A stretch of DNA of 64,000 nucleotides from Flaccisagitta enflata (GCA_965153355.1 OZ231126.1:12710001-12774000); one strand, 5' to 3'; positions 41,659 to 55,700 are shown, counted from the first letter of the stretch. Program-made: numbers and translations. Notes: generated from the sequence alone by a model not told the origin.

Positions 41659-44600
41659 CCGTCTGAGGATTAAGGTTTTGTAGGGCTTCATAAAAGTGGC
41701 GAATCCAGTGGCACCTATCATGTTGGGTCTTAAAATGTGCGTATTACCTAGGGGAACACTAATCCAGGCTTGGTTGACCCAATTTCAGGTGCGTGTTCCA
41801 ATGCCACCAAAAAAACTGCCCAAAATGGCCGAAAATAGCCTTTTTTGGCCATTTTTGCCTATCTTAAACTTGGTGGAGAGCCATAAAATTTTGCATGCAC
41901 ATGTAGTAGACCCTAATTAAGTTGTATGCAAAAAATTTTGAAATTTTGAAAATTTTAAGGTACCTAGATTTGAAAAAAACAGGTTTTTTCCGAGTATAGG
42001 TCAAGAAAAATGATGTCATTACCCCCCTTAATGTTGACCGATTTGGACAAAATTTTTATTGGAGGTACTTCACATCATGGACTACCTCCATGTAAAATTT
42101 CATCCAAATCGGAGCACTTTAAGTGCCCAAAATTGTGTTCAAAAATCAAAAATTGGAAAAAAATGACTCTGAAAATCGTCTTTGAGCTGGTGGCATTGTC
42201 ATATCAGGGCAGGGATGTATGAACCATGGGCCAAAATTTCTTTAAGAGACTGTTGGTGATGCCCACAAAAAATTTCATGACCCTGGGAGCATTTTTTGGG
42301 TGCCAAATAACAGTTCTTTGAAGACCGTCAGACCAAAAATTGCGGAAATTGCCGATTTTAGGCCTTTTTTCAACCTGTAACCTGAAGAAAAGTTGAAATA
42401 TGGTCCTGAAATTTTGCATGCACATGTAGTAGACCCTAATTATGTTTTATGGAAAAAACATGGAATGTCCAAAAAAATTTAAGGTACCTAAATTTAAAAG
42501 AAAAAAGTTTTTTTCGAGTATAGTTGAGAAAAAAATGATGTCATTACCCCCCTTATTGTTGACCAATTTGGACAAAATTTTTATTGGAGGTACTTCACAT
42601 CATGCACTACTGCCATGTAAAATTTCCTCCAAATCGGAGCACTTTAAGTGTCCAAAATTCTGTACAAAAGTCAAAAAGTGGAAAAAAATGAGTCCAAAAA
42701 TCGTCTTTGAGCTGGTGGCATTGCCATAATAGGGCAGGGATGTATGAACCATGGGCCAAAATTCCCTTAAGGGACTGTTGGTGATGCCCCCAAAAAATTT
42801 CATGACCCTGGGAGCATTTTTTGGGTATCACATAATAGTTTTTTGAAGACCTTCAGACCAAAAATTGTGGAAATTGCCGATTTTAGGCCTTTTTTCAACC
42901 TGTAACCTGAAGAAAAGTTGAAATATGGTCCTGAAATTTTGCATGCACAATGTGCATTGCACATGTAATAGACCCTAATTATGTTTTTTTTGAAAAAATA
43001 TGGAATGTCCAAAAAAATTTAAGGTACCTAAATTTTTGAAAAAAATTTTTTTGAGTACAGTCGAAAAAAAATGATGTCGTTTCTCCCTTTAATGTTGACC
43101 AATTTGGACAAATTTTTTATTGGAGGTACTAAACATCATGCACTACTGCCATGTAAAATTTCCTCCAAATCGGAGCATGTTAAGTACCAAAAATCTCTGA
43201 GTCATTTTAAGTCATTCTATGGTATACTAAGTTATTCTAAGTCATTCTAAGTCATTTTAAGTCAATCTGTAAGTCTCGCATGCTACTTAAAGGTGTTGGT
43301 CTTGTTCTATCATTGTTTCTGTTTTTCTATCTTGTGGGAAAAAATACTTAAAATTTCAGGACCATATCTCAACTTTTTTTCGGGTTATGGGTTGAAAAAG
43401 GCCTAAAATTGGCAATTTTTTTAATTTTCACTCTTATGGTCTCCAAAGAATTGTAATTTGACACCCAAAAAATGCTCCCAGGGTCATGAAATTTTTTTTG
43501 GGCATCACCAACAGTCTCCTAAAAGAATTTTGGCCCATGGTTCATACATCCCTGCCCTAATATGACAATGCCACCAGCTCAAAGACAATTTTTGGACTCA
43601 TTTTTTTCCAATTTTTGATTTTCGTACAGAAATTTGGGCACTTAAAGTGCTCCGATTTGGATGAAATTTTACATGGAGGTAGTCCATGATGTGAAGTACC
43701 TCCAATGAAAATTTTGTCCAAATCAGTCAACATTAAGGGGGGTAATGACATCATTTTTTCTCAACTATACTCGAAAAAAACTTGTTTTTTTGAAATTTAG
43801 GTACCTTAAATTTTTTTGGACATTCCATGTTTTTTCCATAAAACATAATTAGGGTCTATTACATGTGCATGCAAAATTTCAGGACCATATTTCAACTTTT
43901 CTTCAGGTTACAGGTTGAAAAAAGGCCTAAAATTGTCAATTTCTGCGATTTTTGGTCTGACGGTCTTCAAAGAACTGTTATTTGACACCCAAAAAATGCT
44001 CCCAGGGTCATGAAATTTTTTTGGGGCATCACCAACAGTCTCTTAAAGGAATTTTGGCCCATGGTTCATACATCCCTGCCCTAATATGAAAATGCCACCA
44101 GCTCAAAGACGATTTTCGGAGTCATTTTTTCCAATTTTGGATTTTTGAACAGAATTTTGGGCACTTAAAGTGCTCCGATTTGGATGAAATTTTACATGGA
44201 GGTAGTCCATGATGTGAAGTACCTCCAATGAAAATTTTGTCCAAATCAGTCAACATTAAGGGGGGTAATGACATCATTTTTTCTCAACTATACTCGAAAA
44301 AAACTTGTTTTTTTGAAATTTAGGTACCTTAAATTTTTTTGGACATTCCATGTTTTTTCCATAAAACATAATTAGGGTCTATTACATGTGTATGCAAAAT
44401 TTCAGGACCATATTTCAACTTTTCTTCAGGTTACAGGTTGAAAAAAGGCCTAAAATCGGCAATTTCTGCGATTTTTAGTCTGACGGTCTTCAAAGAACTG
44501 TTATTTGACACCCAAAAAATGCTCCCAGGGTCATGAAATTTTTTTTGGGCATCACCAACAGTCTCTTAAAGGAACTTTGGCCCATGGTTCATACATCCCT

Positions 44601-45170
44601 GCCCTGATATGACAATGCCACCAGCTCAAAGACGATTTTTGGAGTCATTTTTTTCCAATTTTTGATTTTCGAACAGAATTTTGGGCACTTAAAGTGCTCT
44701 GATTTGGATGAAATTTTACATGGAGGTAGTCCATGATGTGAAGTATCTCCAGTAAAGATTTGGTCCAAATTGGTCAACTTTAAGAGGGGTAACGACATCA
44801 TTTTTCTTGACCTATACTTGGAAAAAACCAGTTTTTTCAAATTTAGGTACCTTAAAATTTTCAAAATTTTAAAATTTTTTGCATACAACTTAATTAGGGT
44901 CTACTACATGTGCATGCAAAATTTCATGGCTCTCCACCAAATTCAAGATAGGTTTAAGGGCCAAAAATGGCCAAAAAAGGCCATTTTTGGCCATTTTGGG
45001 CGTTTTTTTTGGTGGCATTCGCACACGCACCTGAAATTGGGTCAACCAAGCCTGGATTAGTGTTCCCCTAGGTAATGCGCACATTTTAAGACCCAACTTG
45101 ATAGGTGCCACCGGACTCGCCCTTTTGACCCCTCTAAACTTTGAGCTAGAAATCCTTATTCCTCAGACGG
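41659..45170. mobile_element. 3.5-kb foldback element with long inverted arms made of ~523-bp tandem units
   Basis: Termini CCGTCTGAGGA / TCCTCAGACGG and 4-bp flanking duplication TTCA (41655-41658 and 45171-45174). The left arm (~41659-43190) is the reverse complement of the right arm (~43350-45170). No transposase ORF. Confidence 0.88.
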
Positions 45171-45830
45171 TTCATACTTGTTTTTTTTATGAGAATGATT
45201 TACAATATATGAGGGAGAATTTTAATTAAATGCAGTCACAGCATGAATTCTTTTACCACAATAAATCCAAGATGGTCTAAAACGCGCGCGTGTGTGTGTT
45301 TGTGTGTGTGTGTGAGATGACATATAAAGTATCCTTTCTCAATTTCGTTTTTGAGAAAAGTGTCCCTAGATGGTCAGGGACATCAGGTAGCACTCTGGTA
45401 ACAACCTACTTTCTTCAGTGTCGATATACCATTTGGATCTAAGACCCAAAAAAGGGCTGATTTGGCCAATTTCTATATGTCCTATTTAGGTCACACTGAC
45501 TATGATCACTGTAAAATTTGAGAAAAAACATAGCATGATATGAAGAAATGGCACATTTTCATTGGTCCTGGTTATGGTTTTGAGGACTTAAAATCTTTTG
45601 TTGACAGGTCCTTGTTCAGTATAGAAAAATTACATTTTTAAAATTTTTTTAAAAGTAGCATTTTTGACGATTTTTGGGGAAAATTCCAATTATTGATATA
45701 AAAACCCTATCTTTCCTTAGTTTTTTCAACTTTTTCTTTTTTGCCCGTTTAGTGAAGACATATGAGAGTGTTCATGCCAAATTTCGTGACTTCGCCATGT
45801 CTCAATGTAGAAATATAAAATTTTCAATGT

Positions 45831-46054
45831 GCTATAAGAAATGTGTCCACACCCTGTCACGCTTATGTCACGCTTTGATTCCTAGTATTGAGACCCGTCA
45901 TAAGAAACTAGGGAAGTTTGCACTGGGTATGGTCTGAAAGAGCATCAAATTCTGCGTCTACCCCTAAAATTTCAAGTCCCTCAGTCTAGGCATTCTCGAT
46001 TTATGAGTATTTTTGTGATTGCATGTCTTTAGGTGTGGACACATTTCTTATAGC
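45831..46054. mobile_element. small MITE-like element with a perfect 23-bp inverted repeat
   Basis: GCTATAAGAAATGTGTCCACACC / GGTGTGGACACATTTCTTATAGC. Confidence 0.6.
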
Positions 46055-47017
46055 TGCCTCAAGTTTTTTGATAGTCACCCATCGTTGTTGGCTTTAGGCG
46101 GTCAAAAAAGAACAGGAGGTAAAAACAACCAATGGGATGGGCATCGGGAATACTTAATTTATCACATCATACTAAATTCTCAAAAATTTCCTGATTGAAT
46201 CTTGAATTAATGCTGTAAAATGCTGTTAAAATGCTGTAAAAATGCTGTAAAAATCGAATTTTTCACTGTTTTTACAGTATTTCTCTTCGATATACCGCAG
46301 CATTGATTCATCCGTACTCATTATTAGTGTAACTGGTCTAGGGACACTATTTTGAAAAAAATTGATCTTAAGATATCAAAAATTAGTATCAGTATATGCA
46401 GTAAAATGCTGTAAAAACAGCAGAATTATAGGTTTTTTTGATACTTTTTCTCAGATTCCGCTACAATTGTTCTAAGATTTTGAAAAACGAAGTAAGTAGG
46501 CCTCAGACGTATTCATGTAACAATTCCATCTTATTGCATTGATGTTATGTATGATTTGATGCCAAAAACATGCTGTTAGAGCATGCCTTGAATATGTCGT
46601 AAAAATTGTATTAGACATTTTTTCTCCCGTGCATACTCTGGTTTTAAATAACCAAAGCCGCATATACAGCCAAGATGTAGTCGCTGGTGAGTGGGCACTG
46701 GGCAGGTGCAGCAATGCGGGTGAGCGGGGGCAGTAAGTGGGTGAGCGTCTGTGATGTTGCTGGCCAGGGTTTGTATCATTCAGAAATCAGTGTATCATCC
46801 AATTTCGCGTCATCCAATATTTCACGTTCCAGGTACAATTTGGAATCCAGCAGGCAGTGTAAGGGTGTGTTTTCTGTTTCTAATGATACGCGTTGAACGC
46901 GTTTTCAGCATGAACCCATTTCTATAAATTTCAGTGTCCCACGAGGAAGTGAGCGGAGTGAGCGAGCTCTTGAATAGAGTGAGCGAGCTTGTGAATGGAG
47001 CAAGCGAGCATAGCAAG

Positions 47018-47262
47018 CAGGGGTGTATATTGAGTCGCTTTTGATTTTCCCCCCCCCCCCCCTGCCTTTGATTTTCTTCCCCGCGACGCATCACGGTAGA
47101 TAAGGTTCAAATAGTGTTAAATTGTGTTTTACTAATTGAGTTTTATGATTTGGTACTGTAAAAAGTTATATTTTCCCCAAATTTCCTTTTTTTCTCTTAT
47201 TTCCCCCTTTGATTTCCTTCCCCATCTCCAGACCCTTTGAAACTCAAGAATATACAGGCCTG
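47018..47262. mobile_element. hAT-type MITE of the same family as 39033-39351, opposite orientation
   Basis: TIR CAGGGGTGTATAT / ATATACAGGCCTG with perfect 8-bp TSD ATAGCAAG. It is nested in a GAGCGA-rich repeat whose relative lies at ~59840-60040. Confidence 0.88.
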
Positions 47263-48761
47263 ATAGCAAGTGTAGCGGAATGAGCGGTGCAAGCAAATGA
47301 ATGTATCAAGCCTTTTTAAAACGCGATTGTCTGTGACTAGAAACTCGCCCTGTATCCCATGATATGACAATATATTTGAAAGCCTCATTCATCACCTATC
47401 TCATCGGGCACCTGACATGACAAACGACTCTGGGCACACTTTTCAATCTCTACGGCGACATATCTTAGGTCAATGTGGCCCAAAAAAGGCCTTTATTGGC
47501 TCATTTTGGTCTGTCGCTTAAAAGTCGCTCTAACTTTGATGGAAGTAAAGCGTAACAAGAATGAAGAAATATTTTGGAAAAAAAAGATATTTTCATTTGT
47601 CTAGATTCTGGTTGAAACGAGAAAAAAATCATGTTTAAGTATCAGAAGATTTTTGACAGCTTTTTTTTAATTTTCTTTTTTAGTTGCAAGCTACGCGACT
47701 CTACACCTCGCTATGTTGGTCCGTCGGTCAGGTTGGTTGGTCGGTCGGTCGGTCGGTTGGTTGGTTGGTCCCGTTTTTGGGCAGCGGCCCCAAAGGGCCG
47801 ATATCCTGTAGGACACAGGGGGGAATTTCGAGACGTCCGTCCATCCTTCCGTCCTTCCGTCCATCCTTCCATCCGTCCATCCTTCCGTCCCCCCTCCCCT
47901 TGGCCACCGAAGCCTCATGTCTGCAGTCTTAGGCCTGATTTTGGTCCTCTGAGCCCTCAAATAAGCCCTATCAGACCTCAATTTAGCCTTCGAGAGCTCA
48001 AATCAGCCCTCCAGATCTCAAATCCAACCTCCAGACCTCAAATCAACTCTTCAGGCCTCAAATTTGTTCTCTAGTCCTCAAGTCTGCCCCTTAAACCTCA
48101 AATCTGCTCTTTTGGACTAAATTCTGCTATCCCGACTTCAAATCCGCCTCAGGACGTCTCGAAATTCCCCTGTGTCCTACAGGACATCGGCCCTTTGGGG
48201 CCGCTGCCCTGCTCTCACTCCACTACTTCACTTGATCACTCCAAGCAGGGCATCGGGTACCGCTGACCATGTGCGATCCTTGGATGACTAGTTACTTTTT
48301 TGGCGTTTTTGAGCTTTTTGAGCATACGGCTCCTGTCCGGATGCCATAGTGACTTTCTCCAGCACTGCTCCTGCCCACCCGCATGCGACTAGGGTAGCCT
48401 TGTATCCAGCCTTGTTTTATGGAGTCATGAAAATAGCACTTTTCTTTGTTTTCACGACTTTCTAGTTGTAGACACACAACTTTATAAAAGCCTTTGTCCG
48501 TCGGTCCATCTGTCGGTCCGTCGGTCCATCCATCCGTCCGTCCGTCCATCTGTCCATGAACATGAGTCGAGAAGTGTGAAAACTCGCATTTCCGCCCCTG
48601 CCCACCCGTCCGTAGCTGGTATTGGCCATGTATCCGGCCTTGTTCCTCTTAAGTCCGTTTGATGAAGACATATGGGAGTTTACTTGCCAAATTCACTTTA
48701 TCTCGATGACTTAGTTCAGAGATATGCATTTCAAGATGCAATACAAATTTTGTTCACACCC

Positions 48762-49678
48762 TGTTAGAAATGTACGTCTGTCCGTCTCTTAGGTGTGTGT
48801 GCCTTCTGTCTCTTTTGCGTGCTTTTGGCTTTTTCTCTTTCTCTACTATTCGATGCCCGTGTCTTTTGTTTCTTGCCATTTTTTATATTGGACGCTAGAT
48901 GGGTAACCATATGGTTGCGCCTTGATTTTGTGCCATTTGTTTTTACTACGTAGGCAAATATACGTAACTCGTCTTTCGTATCATCCAATTTTTGGATTGA
49001 TTGATTTTATTTAATTACGGCATCGCTTCTTAGAGTGATTGATTGATTTTTATGATCGTTTGAATGCGCCCTTGGAATTCACTAATTTCAATAATCTCTC
49101 ATCTTTTTATTGCAGATAAACTAATGAACGGACAATTAACGTTAATTTGACATCGACAGACTGTGGGTTGAAACCAACGAAAGTGGGCCTAAAAGTAAGT
49201 TTTATAGACGTGTTTCTGCTTTTATTAACGTTGTTTTTATCTTGTCTTCCGGTCTGTTATTTTTGTCTTTTGCCCTTTTGCATTTATCGCCGGATTTTAG
49301 TATGGTTTTTATCGCTTGTCCGATCAGCTTGCTATAGGGATGATATGGATGAATTTAATGGGATGGGCCGGGGCAGGGGCAGGTATTATCAGGTGGCATG
49401 GGCTCTGAAGAAGATGAACATGTTGTCATGTGCTGTTTCTGTCCTTTATTGTGTCCTATCTCGATTTCATGTTATCTTTTGCGTTTGCTGATCACAATTA
49501 ACGCCCACTTTCCCTTTCATTTTTCCCCCTCTCTTCAGTTGTTGAAATTTTTATGGAATAAACGAGACGATCGCCTTCCTATTTTCCAATCGGCCAACTT
49601 TCTTTCACCACAAGTCGTCAGTCAGATAGACGCTCATAGACAGTGCCAGTTGAAACTCTGGGCGACTATATTTCAACA
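48762..49678 (+). repeat. candidate 5' LTR of the BEL/Pao element
   Basis: Begins TGTTAGAAA and ends TTTCAACA (imperfect terminal IR, TG..CA), with AATAAA at ~49557, immediately upstream of the gag ATG. There is no second copy to confirm it. Confidence 0.45.
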
Positions 49679-49727
49679 TTTAAAACGACTCGATTCTTTT
49701 CATCTTCGACTCCAGCGAAATTGGACA

Positions 49728-52700
49728 ATGGCAGCCGCGCGTAACGACGACACCGTCTCACTGCTTCAACGCTATCTCGTGTATCTCACTTCGGTTTGAA
49801 TCAGTGTCCGAGGTCGAATCGTTTGCGCGCAATGAGGAACGACATCACTGCGGAAATGGAAGGATGCCGGCGCCTTTTCGACGCCGTTTCTACTTGCACC
49901 GAAGGAACGAATGATTTCGACGACGCCGCCTGTGAATCGGATGGCGCTCGACACGGCCTTCGGGACATGGTCTACGACTTTGTATTATGCAAGACAAATG
50001 GCGCTCGACTCGATGCCCGGCGACCCTCTTCGATTCGCGGCGCTTCTTTGTCAATCCGACGCGAGTGGGACTCCATGCGTTTCTTTGATCAAACTATCCA
50101 GAGGGTTTCCTTCCAAGCCGATATCGTGAGCATGGTGCATAATGACGTGGGAATCGCAAAGGACCCGTCAACGAATTCTCATGGAATAGTCTCCCAACTG
50201 ACACCCACGCCGCCCGTGACAATGTTACCGGCGCTCCGACTCCAAGGATGCGAACGTCGTCGCCAAACCCCGACGGATCCGAGTATCTACCACTTCCGGT
50301 CCCACGACATGGTGCGCAATCTCCAACTGGCAGCCAATTTTTAAATCTGCCGCCGATCCAAAGAGGAGATGCCGTCAATCAATGGGTATCAGATTTAATT
50401 ACTAGGAAATTGAATTTGCAGCGTGCGTCTCCGATGGGCAAGCCCCAGCTGACATGCTTGCGGATCTCGGCAACTGGCAGCTCTTGCAGAGGCGTGGGAT
50501 CATCAACGGATTGACGCCGCAGGAGAGGGCGAGGCGACGCTTCGTCAGCAGGAGTGCTGAGAGAGACAGATGGGGCAGGCAGTTGGAGGAGGAAATGCGA
50601 CAAGGCCGTCGGCTGATTGACGATATGCAGCAGCAACAACGGGAGGAGGAGCAGCGACAGCGGCAGGAGCAACAGCAGCAGCATCAATTGCAGATGCAGC
50701 AGCAGCAACTCCAACAACAACGTCAACTCCGCCAACCACAGAAGCGGCAGCAAACGACGACTCAGCAGCAGCAGCAAGAGCTGTTGCAGCGGCAGCGGTT
50801 GCAGCAGCTCCAACAATTTTATCAACAAGATCCTGCAGCCGGCACTCATCATCAACAACAACATCAACAGCAGCAACAACAGCAACAACAGCAACAGCTC
50901 GACAAGCGGCAATACTGGCCGCCTAACAACAACAACAGCGGCAAAACGATGCAGGAGAAAGTACGCAACAGCAACAGCAGCAGCAACGGCAACCTTCCGC
51001 CGCAATCAGCGGTGGTGGTGGATCCTCAGCTTCAAACAACCATCTTGTCGAAACGCAGACGTCAGTGAGGAGAAGAGAGACAGCAACGCCTTGCAGATCA
51101 ACGGCTGCGCATGATGGCTGAAGGTGAAGGTGGTGGTGCAGCAACCCAGCTCAAGGCGCCCGATGCGCGGTGCCTTGGGATTCCAACTGTGAAGCTCATC
51201 ACAAGAAGACAAGGTATACGACAGAATGTAACTTTCGCCAGCAGCAGCAACGAGATGAAGAGAGAAGAGCGGGAATATTCAACAATGCGGCAGAAATGCA
51301 ACGAAAGCACTGGAATAGCCTGAGCAGCGAAGCTGACATTGGTGGGGCTTTAGAGCAGCGTGATGTGACTTAGGCAACTGTCTGAGCTGGACCGGCAGCA
51401 GCCGCAGCATCCGCCAAAGACCGTCGATCTATCTTCAGAAACTTCAATCCGGGATTGTTCAATTCGAACACACAGCACGTCATGTGCAGTCAGTGGAAAC
51501 GTCCGTCAAGCAGCCGATGCAGCGGCAGCAACAGTGGGAGCAACAGCGGCAGCAAGGACAACGTCAGCGTCAACTGCAGCAGCAGAATGAACAGCAACAG
51601 CGTCCTGACCGGCAGCAGCAGCTTCAACATCAACAGTGGCAGCGGCAACGGCTTCAACAACAGCAACAGCATCAAGATCAGCATCATCAAGCCCCAGCAA
51701 CAACGATTCTCCTACCGCACAGAGTGATCTTCGAGAAGCAGATTGGCTCTGCTAGAAGGGAGACTGGTCTTCCCCATCAAGAGGAGAAGGTCTTCAACAC
51801 AGCCGGAAGCGGAGGTGATGCAACGGAGGCGATGCGCAGGAGGCAGAAACAGGAGGCCGCTGACGCGAAGTTGGCACAACAACTGCAAGATAAAGAGAGA
51901 AGAAGGAAAGTGGCTCCTAAGAGACAACGAGATAGGATTGCAGCGAAGGCGCAGAAAGTGGCGCCAGCGCCTCAGTGCGCCTCAGCGGAAGTCATCCCAG
52001 CAGAATCAACGTTTGCAGCAAGAAGTGGATGGTTTGAAGGTCACAGATTCAGCAGAGGGCTTTGACCTTGCCGCAGCGGGAAGCGGAAGAAAACAACGAA
52101 AGAGAACAACTAACAGCGACAGTACGTCGCCAAGACTTTGATGCTCCCCGATTCCATCAAGATGATCGTCAACAACAAGTGAATCAGCAAGAGGAAGTGG
52201 GGTGGGCGTTAAAACCACCAAAGATCTCCGGTGAGTCCCGGGGGTCAATGCGCCTTCGTCAGCAACCCCCAGCGTATCATCAGAGTGGGGGCATCATCCA
52301 GTAGCCCGTCAACCCGAAGTCCACGTTCAGATGCCCAACAATCCCGGCTCTGGACAGGTTTTTCAGAAGAAGCGGCGTACAATGATCTCATGCGAGAGCA
52401 AGGGAGGTCGGCCTCAAAGCGTTGGAGGAAGGCAAGACCTGAGAAGCCTCTGCAGGAGCTTTCATCCACCGACTTTATGATGTGGAAGAGGAAGTTTAAA
52501 GATGCTGAGGAGCATGAAGGCTTGGCGCAAATGGACATCTTATTGGAATTGCCTAAGTGGTTTGCTGGTCCGGCAAAAGAGATCATAGAAACTACGACAA
52601 TTGATGCAACTGAAGCGACAGCAAGAGGAGAGATTGACGACATACCGCAAAAATGGACGTCGTCTTTATGGCAAGGCTGCAACATTGCAGCGCTGTTCAA

Positions 52701-55700
52701 CGAAATCGTCGCGGAGGCAAAGATCCAGTCGGCCGACCATGCAAGGCATTTCAATTTGTCTGCAAGGTTGCAAAAGGCAAAGAAGATTGCGAGGACCTGT
52801 GGAGAAGTGCAACAATGCTATCGTGACGAGCTGCTGCAGGAGATTCTCAACAAGAGGGTCCCTCATCTTGCAGATAAATTCTGGGAAAAGCAACATGAAG
52901 CAGCCCTAAATGGACAATTGTTTTCATTCGACAACTTGGTCAATATGATCGAGACATGGGCGGTGATTCAGCGCAACAAAGGCTAAGCTGCAAAACAGCA
53001 TCAGTGGCAGCAATCGCAACTACAGAGAAAGAGCGCCATCATCATGAAGATGCTTTGACCAATGGCAAGCAAAAGACGCAGTCGGCGGACCGCTGCAACG
53101 TCTGCAGTGGAATGCATCAACGGAAAACTGTCATCAACTATTAGAGTTGGAAGTGGACGCGAGAGTTCAAAAGATCATGTCTCGTCGTCTTTGCTTCCAC
53201 TGTCTCACGCCAGGACACAACGCCAAAGGATGCGTGAACAGACCGACTTGCCAAACCTGCAGAAGCGGCACGCGACGATTCTCCACGGGCGCACCTACAA
53301 GAAAGAAGAAAAGGAAGAGAAGAAAGGAGAAAACAAGCAGGGAAATAAAGTACCGCTGGCTCCCTTCAAAAGTCAGAGGATGCGGCTGCAGCAGCACCAA
53401 CAGCTCCGTCGACGGTGGAGGCAGCCAATCCAACGGAAATCATCTCTCCTAACGCCACGGCATGACTGGCGCGGCAGCGGCGTCGCGGTCCGTCTCTTCA
53501 TTCGGCAGCGTTGTCCGTCCGATCGTTCCAGTGACTATATTAAACAATTCTTGGTGCGCAGAGGCGATATATGCTATGATCGACTCAGGCGCTGATCGCG
53601 ACGTGATCAGTACCAGCGTCATTCGCAGTCTTCTGATTCCAACAAAAACAGTGCAAATGACGGTGATTACTGTGGGAAGTCATGTTGTTGAGGATCGTTT
53701 CGCATCATTCACCATGCAATCGGTCGTGAGGAATCGTCGTCGACATCAGCGACGCATTTGGGTGATTTGTTAGCGAGTGAACGCGATATTCCTCCTTTTC
53801 TCCACGACCTATCTGACCAGCCTCACATCGAAGGCGTAAAATTTCCAGAAGCTGAAGGCGGTGTGATGATGATCATCGGAGCGGCGCATGCGGATGCCGC
53901 CGTCGCTCAAGAAATCCGTCGAGGGCCTTCAGGATCTTTGACTTGCTTCAGATGTCTATTGGTTGGACTGTATGTGGAAAAACAGGCAAAAGAGGACGGG
54001 ATATTGCGTCGTCAACGCTATCGCGACGGATGACCCACCGCGTCCTCAACGATAATATCGATCGCATCCTCGACAATCGCGTCCTCAACAGCAACATGAT
54101 CGCATCTTCTACCATGACTTTGCATCATCAATCGTCTCGCAAGAGGAGATGGGTGATTCCCTCGAAAATGTCAGGGCGTGCAAAAGCGTTAGAGGAAAAA
54201 TATATTTTGCCCAATTGTGAAAAGTACTGCTCCCGTCATAAATTTCATCATGAAAAAAATCATGGAGATTCTGAGAAGAGTGAAATCCACGACCGACTGC
54301 GATGGGCGAGCTCGGTGTAGCGATTTTGCTTCAAGCGTGATTCAGCCTTCAAAGAAAGAGTCTTCCGTGAAATCGAAGTTTTACGAGGCAGGGTGGCGAT
54401 TGAGATTGACAGCGTCGGCAGCGACGACATTGAGAAGCCGCGCTGGTACTTGCCGCTTCATGGTGTCGAGGTGCGCGGAAAAGCGCGCGTATGTCACGAT
54501 GCGCGTGCGGCGACCGACGGGATCTCGCTCAATGATTTGCTCGTCGGAGGCCCAAATTTGATGGATAGCCTGATGGACATCCTCATGCGTTTTCGTCAGT
54601 GGAAAATCGCCTTTATGTGTGACATAAGGGCGTTTTCCCTGCCAAATCCGCGTCCATCCTGACGCTGGTTATTCAGATTCTTTTGGTTCAAAGATCGCAC
54701 TCTTCGAGAAGCAATTTTGAATCTGTTTTTGTCACACGTCTTCGGCAGCCAATCCAGCTCATTCGTCACATCTTTCACCGTAAGAAAGCATGCTGAAGTA
54801 ATCCGGCCCAAATACCTACAACGTCTACGATCTTGTTCGCTATGGCACTACGTCGGACGGAAGTGGGGGTGGGGATTCGGTCGGCGAAGCACTGCAACTA
54901 AAGTGGATTCAGTGGCGGCGATGGCGGAAGGCGGGATGGACCTTGTGAAGTGGAAGAGCAATGCGCGGCAATTGATGGATGGAGATCCAAATGTGCCAAT
55001 CCCCATTTCAGATAAGCAAGATGATGCGCCGACGAAGGTGTTGGGCGTCTCATGGCTTCCGGCGGAAGACGTCTTTATTTTCATCTGCGACGAAGAATTC
55101 AAAACTCTTAGAGCAAAAACACCTCGTCAATTGGTCTCTATGCAAGCGAAACTTTACGATCCATTGGGTTTTTGGAGTCCAAGCGCATACATCGGCAGAC
55201 GTCATCTTCAACTCTGTCGTCCACAGGAAGTGGGATGGGATTCGCCCTTGGAAGAGAGCGTCGAGGAATCTTTCTTCCGCTATACTTCATCTTGGCCTCT
55301 TCTACAACAATATCGAGTTGAACGCTGGTGGAATGGCGGCGTCGACAATAGTGACATTGCGGAAGTAACAATCGAGTTATTTTGCGATGCAGCTCCAAAA
55401 GGCGGATATGGAGCAGTTGCATATCGACGTCAAGTCAACCGAGATGGAGATGTTCACATTTCATTCATCGCCTCCAAATCTCACGTCATTCCTCTCAATC
55501 CAAAACGTGCACTCTCATCACAACAGCGTTCACGCGTCGAGATTGTATCCGCAGAAAAAGCAGTGCAGCTCAAACGCCGTCGGAAGGACCATCAACTTGG
55601 ACAATCTCGTCGTCAGATTTTGGTCCGATTCTGAATCTGCACTGAAGATGATTTACAATCCGGCAAAACCGAGGCCTGTATTCTTCGCCAATCGTCTCTC

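Noticed and set aside
42010..44888. Repeated ORFs MMSLPPL.LTDLDKIFIGGTSHH..
   Set aside because: They recur only because the 523-bp unit recurs; ends and frames vary between copies; no known domain recognised.
47395..47470. Minus-strand SRLSCQV resembling a 2Fe-2S ferredoxin motif
   Set aside because: A single short motif with no other ferredoxin exons; likely chance.
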